DNA from: Raillietiella orientalis
Taxonomy: Eukaryota
Assembly (NCBI GenBank): GCA_036172245.1
Contig: JAYWIR010000005.1
Span: forward strand, 4,526,001-4,590,000
Reading direction: 5' to 3'
DNA length: 64,000 nt
The notes below the pieces were generated by a model. That model was not told where the DNA came from, ran no database searches, and saw only the letters and a program-made list of their open reading frames with translations. Position numbers and translations under genes: made by a program. This document shows, piece after piece, positions 1 through 11,229 of this stretch (positions within the stretch are counted from its first letter, which is position 1; each line of letters opens with the position of its first letter).

Positions 1-379
1 GCAGCAGCAGGGTGTGGACTCATTCATCGCTTCGAGGGGCAGTTTGTTTTTCCCAAACTGTCCTCGTGCTCGAGGTGCGCCTTATTTCCTTTCAAACCAC
101 TGAGAGTTTATGGATCGATGCTTCCGGCAGCCAAGAGAATTCCTCCACGCAGTCTTCCACAAGGACGAGGCGTGCTTTTCCGCGCGCGGTTACCCTCGAA
201 ACGAAAAGTCTTCACCTGCACGACCTCGGCAGGCTGTTCTCTCAGTTCTCGGCAGGCAGTGAGGCAAGCGTCTCCAGACGGCAAGCGATTACGTAGCAGC
301 GTTGGCAGTTCAGCTACAGAAAGGCAAAAAAAAGGAAAGACAAGAAAAGAAAAGGAAAAAGCACTGCAGGAACGACTCA

Positions 380-1940
380 AAGGTAGTCAACGGTGCTGCC
401 TCGAGAGTGCTTACTCGAACCCAACACCGCGTGTGCTCCGCGTCGCCTCGCGGCCCTCCTATTCTACTCCCGTATGGCAGCTCCGAGCGCGGGGAGCAGA
501 GTTAGGAAGTGCCACGGGAGAGACGATTTATCTTCACCGGAAATCTGCGTGCATCGGCACCTCGCGTAGAACCCGAGTCGATCCCGCGTCGATGCCACCG
601 CAAAGCGCTTCCTCTTCCCTTGCCGGCAGCTCCGGTTTCACTTCAAGATGGTTTGAGCCAAAGAATAAACATGAAGAAGTTGAAAGGGGGATTCACACTC
701 TCTCTCTCTTTCTGTTCTCCCCTCTCCCCAGTGCAGCAAACAAAAAGCTCCTTTTCCTGGCTGTTGGTAGGCGGGATCTCTCCTTTCTTTAAGGACAGCA
801 GGTTTGGCGGATTCGGATGGGCGCTTGTGAAGACGCTGTCCGTTCAGTTCGGCGAGACTGCTGCAAGCCAGCCGCTCGTGAGGTCTCTGTGGCTCAGATG
901 ATCTTTCGTGCTTGGTTCCTCGTCGTCGTCTCTGCTCCATGAAGATTCGCCATGAAAAAGAAAAAAAAATTATCAGCGTGCCTTCCCGGTGTCTTTGCAG
1001 CCAGATTTCGGCACGCCACCGCTGTGCTTTCGAGCGTACGCGTGACGCACGTGATTTTCCTTCTGCTTTGCGACACGCATGCGCTTTGGCACACGTCACC
1101 TGTAGAAACGTTTGTGTTGTGCTCGTTCCGAGGATCCTCGACCCCCCTACTCTCCACAAGTCCCGCCTGGCTGGCCCTCGATGACAGGAAGGATCCCTGC
1201 TCCTCCTCATCTGCTCGGCCGAAACCATGACGGCCTGCTTTGGAGAGACCCGAATAGCATCTGAGTGGCAACTTTCTTGGTGTGGAGGATCTGCCGATCT
1301 GCGAGCAAGACCAGATTCCTGACCAACGCACTCTCCCTACTCTTGAATGTTGAAATTTCGGACCGCATCTGAAAGGATGTGGCTGTCTTCCTTCCGTAAG
1401 CTGAGAAACGCAGGGAAACCGATCCAGCAGTTGAGAACTGTACGGCGTGTACCTCAGGATGTGTTCCATCCGTTGCCTCCTACCTTTTTCTTTTCCCAAA
1501 GAGTACCCGAGATCTTTGTTGTGTGTAGCGCCTCACCTTCTGATGAGTGAACAAACCTGAAGCAACTGCATCTGATGATGGCTGGATTTTTCGAGAGGGC
1601 CTCGAAATCGGGAGCTTCGGTGACTGGCAAGAGAGAATGTCGAGAGACCTCAGTTCGCGTATCATCTTGGTCCTCTTTCCGCTTGAGCGACAACTTTATG
1701 TCTCAGGGCCCATTCCCGCCGTTTTCTCGAACGCTGCTCTCAGCAGGAGCCAGCAGATTCTGCAGCCAGGAAGAATGGTGCCAAGCCACACGGACAAGCG
1801 AGAAGATACAAGTCACATCTTTGTAACACTTTTTCATAGGCGCCCAGAAATCAGCTTCTATTATTGTTTGGCTTCCGAAGATTACAGATTTTCACCCGGT
1901 GACTCCAGGACGTTTACTTTATAGAAAGAAAAAAAATAAG
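380..1940 (+). mobile_element. Decayed L1-clade LINE ORF2 fragment (RT to 3' end)
   Basis: 'QDGLSQRINMKKLK' in ORF 509..901 resembles RT 'SGL.IN..KS'; A-rich tail-like run at 1,921-1,939. Confidence 0.35.
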
Positions 1941-2039
1941 CAGACGAGTTGGGGAAAAGGCAGTTCCCGCAACAAAACCAGAAAGTTCATTTGAAGGGTC
2001 CACCGTCACGGTCGGATCCAGATTTCTAAAAGTACGGAA

Positions 2040-5000
2040 CGGAAGAAGAAACAAATAAATAAAGTGGAAGGTAGGGACGAAAGGGTCTTTGGTGTGTCTC
2101 GCTCCTTCTTGTAAAGCAGGGAAAGGTCCAGAAAGAGTGGGAAGGGGTAAATTAAAAGAAGGAATAAAGCAAAAAAAGGTAATGGGAGAGTGAGCACAGT
2201 GGTCATCGGTGATAGCCGTCCCTTATTTGTAAAACCGACGCTAGATGCCGGCGACTCCTTGACTTCTTCCACATGAGGCCGCCTGGCAGCCATCCTCTTG
2301 TAGACGGTTGCCATGCAGGTGACCTCATTCACCGCTCCCGAAACTCCAACAAACGGCGGAATATGACGATGGCGCAGGTGCAGCATGTCGTCGCAATCAC
2401 GACGCTTGTCGTGACCACCTTTCGCAAAGAATCGCCTCAGAAAGTCCTCGGCAATGTCCCCAATATGCAGGAGTTCTGAAGCCAGCCTCCGCCAGAGTTC
2501 CTGGAAGGCTCTAACAATAGGTGCGGGAACGATTCAATCTCCCCGCACTTCGAACAGCTTGCCCCCGGAAACCAGATTCCTGAGTTGGCTGCACTGGAGA
2601 CCCCCGGACATCCCCTTTCCACTTCAAGGGGATCACGGAAGTGTTCGCGCACAGGAGAGGAACCATGAGTTCTTTGGAGGGCAAACTCAACAGCTCGCTT
2701 CTAACTGCCCACACGTACACTAAGGACAGGGGGACCGGGTCGTTTCGCAGGTCGTAGCCGTTGACGACGACCAGGAACGGCTGCTCCCTTCCGCCACGTC
2801 TTCCCAGGGGGCGGCGACTGTCTCCACCTGGGTTGCCGCCGAAGAGGCCTCCGGGATGTGCTGGACAAAGGTCTATGCGGGGGTGCCGACGAACCTCCGT
2901 TTCACCACGATGCCCTCCAGGCTGCTACGCTCGACCAGGACCTCGACATCTCCGGACGCCACCTTATGCAGCAGCCGAGCGCCTGGGAGCATGAAGAGGT
3001 GCCTTAGGGGAGCATTTGCACACCGGTTGCTCGCATCGTCCTCCTCCTGCTGCTGCTCCAGGAAGACAGCTCGCTCCACTGATGCGGTCCCTCCGCCCGC
3101 TGACGGGGAGTGACGGCGTCCACCAGCTCACTCGGCTACCAGCCGCCCAGGAGTTTGGTTCTTCCTGAGATAGTGCAGGAGGTCTTCCTCCCCGCCGGTA
3201 GGAAGATCACAGATGAGGATGTTTCTCAGGTGCTCATGCGCGTTCTGACTCGGGTGAGGCGCAGACGGTTGGGAGTGCTGGATTTTTGCCGAAGACATTA
3301 CCAGCTCGGTCACAGCAAAGCTTGGTGTGCTCCACGCAAAGCATCGCAAGAACTGGCATGGGGCATTTACGCGAGGGTTGTTCGGGGTTCACATCGGGGT
3401 TGTTCTCCCACTCTCCTTTCTTCCTTTTCTAGCAGTAGCATGCAGCCGGAGACTCTTCAAGGATGTTCGTCTCCGGGAAAAGAGGAAGTAGAAAGAGCGC
3501 ACGAGCTGCAAAAATTTCAGTTCATCAATCCCGGTGTCTCTCCTGAATTTCAATTAGTGAGCTTCCCGATCATTCAGAGGGAATTGCTTGCCAATGATTC
3601 TTCGTAAACGAACCCGGGGAAAGGGGGAGCTGCTAATGAATTGAGAGTGAGCTCGACTCTGTTCAAAAGTTCATTTTTAGCTCAAAATGGGAAAGAAGTC
3701 AGTCTGTCCACGATGAACTGCCCCCCTCGGCTCTTGAGAACGAAAGAGGGAAACTCCGGTTCTGCCGATTTTTTGGCCATCCAGAAGTCTACATTTTGAT
3801 TCTTCCCGGATTCGGAGTTACATCTCAGGTTAGGTCCTTTTCCTTCTCTGAGTCCGGAATGCTCGTGGAAAGGTCTCAGCGACACTGATCTGCGCATGCC
3901 TTTGTCCCCAGTATCAACCTACAGACTGAATTGCAGTCCAAGAAATGGGGTGCAGGACGTGGCCACAATGGTTTTTTTTTCCCCAACACGAGGCGGTTGG
4001 GTCGCGCGGGAGCATGGGTTACCTAACGTGAGGGACGGCGTGTCTGGCGAGACCAACAGATGCTTCCTGTGGATCCCCTGCTGTCCTCAGTAAGAACTCT
4101 GCCAGAGTGATGGTGAAAAGGCCGTTCTCCCGTGACACGCTCCACGGTCTGCTTCATCTGACGTTTCGTCATTTGCGCAGGAGCGCGCCAAAGGGGACCT
4201 GAAATCCGTGACGTCACGTCTCATCTTTCATTCTCCGGAGCCCTCGTTCCACGTGCAGGGTGACTTTTCCTTCACGAGGCTGTTACGGTTATTTATGATC
4301 ATTAGCGAGGTTTGGTGCCCGAAGATGCTGCACGAAGAAGTGCTGCAGACTCGTAGCTTAGACCACTGTTTCCGGGGTGACGCTCGCATCTCTCACGAGA
4401 CTCCCCTTGGTGCGGGAGTGTGGCTGCTACCTAGACGGAGAGGTTCCCGGATGCGATCGACCCATTGGGACTGAATCCCGCCCATGCCTTCTAAGGAACA
4501 TTGTTCCTTCCCTCCCCCACATGCTCCATCAGGTGCGTTTTCCCCAGTCTCGACCTCTATGGGCAGCGTTCTCCCGAAGCGCGGATTTTTCTTCGGGAAA
4601 ATCCTAGTTTTCCAAGAGTCCCGCGGGCGAGGGTGTTCACCTGCTTCTAGTGCACGCGTTCTCTTCCAGATTCGCTGAGAGTGCATCCAGTTTTTCGCAC
4701 TTGCGACTGCGCGCGTGGTGCACCCTCGCGTCGCACTCGAAGGCTTTCGCCCTCCGGGTGTGTCCCGAACGGACGGCCTCGCGCAGCGCGTGTTCCCGCT
4801 GATCCCGCGAGTCGGACCTGCCGCCGCCACGGCTTCGGGGAAGGGGTGCAGCGGGAGCGTCCTGGAGCGAATCGCTTCCGCCGCGCTGCGACGCCGCCAT
4901 GAATCATGGATGGGCAGGGCGAGTTTGTTTACGCCTCGTCGGACGCTCCGAATTTGTAGGTTGTGGGAGACCTCGTGGGACTGGCTGCGCCTCCTGTGCG

Positions 5001-5470
5001 CTAATCTCGTCTCATCAATCCCTGTCGGTGGTCGACGGAAACGCACCGGAAAGACATGCATCTTCATTTGACGGATGCTTTGGCTGGATCGCGCTCCAAG
5101 TGGCGCTGGGAGCCCCCGCGAGACGTTGGCGGGAAAGCTCTTCGGAGCATTCTGCCTTCCTCGTGCGGGGGGACCAACTGACGCGTACCTTGGGTCCAGC
5201 CCTCGCGGGCGTCCGCGACATCGCCTCTCTCGCCGTGACTGTGGCCGGGGATGCTGCTGGCGTTATCACCATGCGAATCGTTTGCGCTCCGCCCGGTTGA
5301 TTTCCTGATAATTCCAGGCGTTCCCCGTCGAGATGAGTACACGGATTGCAGTTTCCCTTTCCGCACGGATACCGCGGCACTGACTTCATCCCGGTAAGTC
5401 AAAGAACGAAACGAAAGAAAGCTGGAGGCGTTCCGGGTTGTAATCTTTTCTGCACCATCACGATCTGTTA
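2040..5470 (-). mobile_element. Near full-length but decayed L1-clade LINE ORF2 (EN-RT-CCHC)
   Basis: Collinear remnants on the minus strand: 'KITTRNASSF' (EN start, ~5,450), 'EAGEHP' (~4,640), 'WRAPAQM' and 'ERPF' (~4,190-4,125), 'RGGQ..LTSFPF' (~3,720), 'FVYEES' (YADD-equivalent, ~3,610) and 'CSKCGEIESFPHLLLE' (zf-RVT, ~2,540); pyrimidine-rich 3' end. Confidence 0.7.
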
Positions 5471-6239
5471 GGTGCAGGTGCATCGCACATTCGAATGGAG
5501 TGCCACCCCGATAGATGGTACTCATTAGTGTGATGACTCCGCTACTCTGCCATACTGTCGTTGCATTCAGCATGTCCAGACTATTTTTTTTCCGCTCACA
5601 AGCAAATTCAGGACCCCTTGGAAACAGCTACTTCCGCCTCTGGATGCAGTGATCCTATTTCAAGTCCATTTCTATTCGATTCCAAGCTCCCTGCTGTCCC
5701 ACTCCGCACGAAATATCAGCATCCACGTGGAGGCTTTCCAAAGTTCTTGCCTTCTAGGATCCATGGTTTTCCAAGTTGTCCAGCCACCATTCCATGCCCA
5801 AGGCACCAGTCCTCTTCAGAGGTCCTCGCCGGTCTTCTCTGGCTGGTGTTGAGAGAGGACCGCGCGAGAGTGTCCACGCTCGCTCTTCAGACGGGCCGCG
5901 AGAGGCTTGGAGAACGCGGCAGCATCTCCAAAAACAGCGTAGACGAATTGCCGATCGACTTGGAAGCAGGGAATCCGTCGCGGGAGGAGGAGAATCGTTG
6001 CGGAAGGAGCTCCTTGGTAAATTGCATGCGGAGCGGGCGAGCGCAGTTTCCAGGTTTACGGACCGGTTCCGAAATCGCAGATTCCCCATCGAGCAGGAAG
6101 CAGGCTAGCCATTGGTCTGCAGCGGCACTTTCGGAAGCAGGGAGAACGGATCCTGCTAACGTACAGGACGCAATTAAGAAGCGGTCCATCTAATCCGTGA
6201 GATGCAGTCAGAGACAAAGAGGGAAAGGACGAGGATGGA

Positions 6240-7300
6240 GGGAATTTTATTTATTGGTTCCTGAGGAGTGGGCACCCCCCGTCAGTCGAAGCGGCAGGAA
6301 TCGAAAAAGCACCAGATGGAAATTCGCCATCCTCAGTTAAGCGAAAGGAGTTCGAGGGATGCGCGGGATCGTGATCCGTAGCTTCCTTTCTCTCTAACGA
6401 GCACGTCCGGGACGAGCGCTGAAACGGCAGCGTCCTTGCGGTGTGGCTGGAAGCCCCACGGAGCAGTGCCCTCAAGAACAAGAGCCAGTGGATCTCTCGG
6501 GAGTCTTCAGGAGCAGGTGGACCGTTCCCCTTTGGAAGGAGGCGACGTTCTCGAGGAAGCGGCCGCAACTGGCGTTCTAACGGCGCCATCTTGGGTGCGG
6601 TTTAGGGGGAGGGGGAGGGGAGATTTCTCCTTTCTCTTCCGTGAAGTGGAAGCGTGGACTCATCGGGAACTGCGTGGCGGTTCGCCGGAGGCCCTTGCAA
6701 GCCTCCCTCTGGAAAGTCTGCCGGGCTTGAGAAACCGGGACGCTCTCTCAGGAGGGGGAACCTGGCAATCAGGAATGGGAAGGAGCAATCGTTTGAGCGC
6801 CGTTCCCCTACGGCTCCCGCTCGAAGGGAACTTCGGTCCCCGATCGAGGCGCACTCATCCTGGAGTGTGGTCCAGCACGGGAGGACAAGCCAAAGGGGAA
6901 CGACAATGGATGATGGCCTTCAGCGAGGACAAAAAGTCCAGTGGGAGGCGGCGAACGGTGCCCTCTGAGTGCCTCCTCCTTTTTCCCACTTCCCCTCCGC
7001 TCCCCCCTACCCAGGCCTTTCTGACCAACATTCTCGAACCGGCCATCACCGACTGCCGGGAACATTCAGGCCGGCAGGAGGAGCTTCGTCGCCGCCACAC
7101 CCTCCTCGAACTCTTCACCAGAAAGTGAAGAGGGTCCCTCCTTCTGAACACTCTCGGTCCCCTTCCCAGCAAAGGCGCATCCTCAGATTCCCTCTGCTTT
7201 CCCATTCCCCCTTCCTCATCTCCAGCGAGAGGTTTTCCGAGCTGGTGGTGATGGCCTGTCTGCCCGTGCGGCTTCCCATTGATCCCCAGCGTGCCAGGGA
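6240..7300 (-). mobile_element. Decayed LINE 3' fragment
   Basis: 'PPPTGLFVLAEGHHPL' resembles the zf-RVT lead-in; AATAAATAAAA on the minus strand at ~6,245-6,255. Confidence 0.3.
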
Positions 7301-7449
7301 TCGATGGGTCCCCTTGAAGCTGCTTACGGTCTGCAGGGATGTTCCCTCCTACCGTTCTCCGCTAAATTACCCCTTCCTCCCTCCTTCCCCATCCTCAAGC
7401 AGAAAATCCCCGTCTCGCAGAAATCAGAAAAGGATGCTGCTGGGGAAGA

Positions 7450-9060
7450 GCGGAACCGTTCTGATAACCGGATGATGAACCTAAAGGCCAACCGGAGGAT
7501 GGAGACGAATTGCTTTTGCGAGAGGATCTCCGTTCTGGTGGCGATCCGGCTCCAGAACAGAGATCACCTGCCTGGGGATACGACGACGTCTCCGAGGGGA
7601 GCCCGGGTCCACGCCACGCTTGCAAGAGGCGACCGGAGAGGTCGTGGTAGTAAGGAGTGTTTGCAGCCTCTGTAGCGATGTTTCGGTCGCTGAGGGAGGG
7701 ATGCATTCCCCCAGAGTGGATGGAACGTGTGCCCCTGACCCTTCTCAGGGATCTCTGACAGAGCAAGGGTACCTCATGACCCTGAGGCAATCGGGGAGAC
7801 GAGAACCCTCGACCTCCGCATGCAGGCGGCAAAGGGCCTCTCGGTTGCTCCTCCTACCGCTCCTTGACAAGGGGCCCAAGGGGAGTCCCTTTTTCCCGGA
7901 ACGGGTGGAGTACGAGGCGCTTCGGACGCTGCATCCTGGACCGCGCACAAGGACGCTGCCGACCTGCACACGAGCTGAGCACCAGCTCAGAGGGAGGGCT
8001 CCGCGGGATCTCGGAGGATCCGGTCAGGAGGGTCCATGCCTCTGCCGAGTGGACCAAAGAAAAGAAGACAGTGTTGTATCGGGTCTGGGGAGGCTGCTGC
8101 GAGGGCTACCATGCCGAAAGCACTGCAGCAGACGTGGGGAGGAACGAAATCTCCAGGACACCGCGGTCGCGGGATAGCGCCGGCCGGAAACCTCATCCTG
8201 ACGCCCCATCCTGCTCCACGGGACGCTTTCGAAAGACGGGGGAAGGAGGGGGGGGAAAGAGGGGAAGCTCCGGGAAGGCCGGGAAGGCGCGCTCCCGATT
8301 CTCGGAACCCAGGGCGCCCCGAGCCGCCCGCGTGTGTCACGCGGCAGCCCGCTCCTCCGCTTTCCGCTGGCGATGACGTCGGCGCGGAAGCAGCGGCCCG
8401 CTCGAACCGAATACTCCCTCCCCTCTCCACTCCCCCCCTCCTCTTAGACCTTTCCTCCTTGCGAACCGGAGGCTGCGGCGGCGCTTCCCCGAGCGATCGC
8501 TCGGAGATGGCACGCCGGCGAACTCAAGGGCAGGAGGCATGACGGAGGGAGGAGGAGGCAAGATGAATAAGTTGTCATGGAGCCCGCGCGGCGCATTGTT
8601 GTAAGGATGCCAATGCCAGGGGTTTCATCCTCCGGCGGCGGCGACGTTGGCAGCATTGTTCAAGGGGCCCTCGATTGTTTGGCTCGGGAAGACATCAATT
8701 TCCACAAATAGGGACTTGGGAGAGACATCGGTTGGCCATGATCGATCGGGTGACGCAGCTGCTCTTCCCTCTCTCCTCTCCTGAGCGCGCGCGGAACCTG
8801 AGAGGGTGCTCCGGAGGATGGCGGTCCCGTCTTCTCGGAATCCCCCGCCCTCTCATTAGAACTTCCCGTCCGACGCGAAGCCGGATGGGGAGAAGCGGCG
8901 GGCAGACCCCGCGCGCGCTCGCGCGCCGGGAAGCCCTGGAAGCCGGATCCCACAGCGGGAGGAGGCCTCCTCTCCCTCCGATCACGCTTCCCGGGTTCAC
9001 TCCTTCCTCTCCCCTCCCATCCTACCCGCCCCCGTCTCCTCCTGGAAGGAGTGTCTCCTC
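7450..9060 (+). mobile_element. Decayed LINE 5' part (possible ORF1 zinc knuckle plus endonuclease N-terminus)
   Basis: 'VWGGCCEGYHAES' is knuckle-like (~8,085-8,120); 'ANARGF', 'LAALFK' and 'DCLARED' (~8,608-8,695) resemble EN 'WNxRG...D...LQET'; 'GCSGG' at ~8,805. Confidence 0.45.
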
Positions 9061-9069
9061 TCTCGGCGC

Positions 9070-11190
9070 CTCACGGCGGGCAGGAGAGGAGCTGGCGACT
9101 GTCCCGTTCTCCCGGACGTGACTGCTTCCCGTCGCCTCGAAGGGGGAGCAAAGGGGGAGTTTTCGAAATCCCTCTCTTCCCCCACACCACCTCATTTCGG
9201 GTGATTGGAGTGCTCGCAGGCGAGTGGCAGACGCAGGGAGAGATCTCCGGCACCCTTTGGTTGGCTCCTCCGAGTCGGAGGGGAGATGAGCGGAAGAATC
9301 GAGGAGGAGCCTTTCCGAGGTCAAGCCAAACCCAGGAGGGATCAGGTGCGAATTGCCAGCGGGGGAGAACATGCGATACCCCCAGGGGAGGTGGGACGCG
9401 CTCGGGCGGGGAGAACGACAAGACTCCCTTCCACCCCATCCCGCTTCAGATGGCGCCTCAAGACCTGGACAAAGCGACTTGATTGCATCGGAGACCTAAG
9501 GGATGCCCAGAACCCCTGCCCTCCTGATTCTTTCCGTCGTTGCCCTTCGAGCACGAGGCGGCGCAAGCGACTCGGAGCGGAGGGAGAGAGAGAAGCAAGT
9601 CGCGCGTCCCGGTTTGCTCCCACACGCGCTCCTAATGCCGCCGTTCCGGACGGGAATCCGTGTCTTCCCGGACTGGTCCTGCTCCCCGGAACCCGTGTGC
9701 AGACCATCCCACCTCCTGACAGCAGCAGCAGTGCGAAGTCTCGCAGTATTCGCCCAAGGAGCCGATCTTTCCCTATGGGGTTTCTTTCTGCCCTCGCCCT
9801 TTGCTACCCCGCTACCCCACCTGGGTGCTTTCCACCCAAAAGTGCCTGACCCCCTGGACACCTCCTCTATCGTTGGTTCGGAGCACCCCCGTAGAGCCCT
9901 GAACAAGATGGAGACTACTTGAAACTTCCCTTCTTGGTTATAGTGCGCCGCAAGAGCGGCGTGGTCCGAGAGAGACCCACATGGGCGACACCGAGCGCTA
10001 CGAGTTCGAAACCTTTGAGAACGATTGACGACAAGAATGGGAGGTGGGGAGGGATAGTCGTGCCCGCACGGTCCTTTCGCACGTTGGAGGCCGGTTTCTC
10101 CCGGTCATGGAGGCTGAATTGAGAACAGACCCTCCGGAGTTCTTCCAGAGGTCACGAAGCTTCGAGATTCCCCTCCAGTTAGTGGCTCTCGAAGCGGGAG
10201 GGATTCTTCCCAGAATGGCTGCTCCTCAGCGCGTCGTCGTTTCCCAGGCCAAAAGCTTGCAGGAAGGGCGAGCGAAGCCTCGGGGGCTCGTCAGGAGAAG
10301 AGCTCGACAGTTCCCTGAGGCCCTTCGGTCCCCGCGGTCTTGGACCGAGGTCCGAACGGCTTCCGTCAGCGGACCGCTGGCCCGCAGTTCTTCTCTAAGG
10401 AGAATTGGCCTCCTCCGCGGGGATCATTGGGGAAACGGTGCCGTGGGGGCTGGAAGGTCATCTGAGAGCCCTGCCTCGCCTGCCGCGATCCAAGCGGCCC
10501 AGCGGCTGCGCCCCCTGGCGACGCTGATGGTGCGGAGGCGTCTTCCTGCGTCCTTCTGGGGACGGCAGCGGCGCAAGGGACCCCTCAATCGGGGAATACA
10601 CTGCTTCGTGGACTCAGGGGCCGCCGGAAGCCCGAAGGAGGTATCTCTTAGGACTCCCCCCAAGGAACCAGAGCTTCGTCGTCCTCCTCCTTTCTTTCCG
10701 AGGAAACTCAGCCTCCGGCGCTTCTCCCTTTTCTCCTAAGCCGAAACTTCGAGGCGAGCTCAGCACCTCGAGCACGCCTTCCTCTTTGACGCTGCAGCTT
10801 CCCTCCTGCATCCGAGGCGCCATCCATCCTAATTACACGCGCGCAATTAACCGAATCCTCTTCAGTCGCTTCTCAGTCACCTCACTGCACGGGTGAGATA
10901 GTGGCCTGGATCCACCGGCAGCATCCACGTGACATCATTCATCATCCCTCTGTCTCCGCTTTCTTTCCATCCTCTCTTTCCCCTTCCGATCTGCTCCAGG
11001 CGTGGCTCTTCGCTGCAGTTTCCCCAGTCGTCCACAGGGACCAGAGAGGATCGCTGGGACCGCGCGAAAATAGCACGCTCTTCCGTCCAACCTCCCCACC
11101 CCTTCCCTCGCCATCCGGGAAAGTCGAACCGAAGTTTCCTGCGGTCCAACCGTCCTATCAAAGAGCTCCCTGTCTTCTAAAGAGCTGGTC
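9070..11190 (-). mobile_element. Decayed L1-clade LINE (RT to CCHC)
   Basis: In order on the minus strand: 'LDRRKLRFD' (LDxxKAFD), 'RLSFLGK' (LSxxGR), 'RCRPQKDAG' (LCRPKxxGG), 'HGFPSG..GANRDA / TCFSLSLRSESL' (zf-RVT). Confidence 0.6.
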
Positions 11191-11229
11191 CTTCCTCTTT
11201 GCATGGGAACTTCCAATGAAAATCCACTA

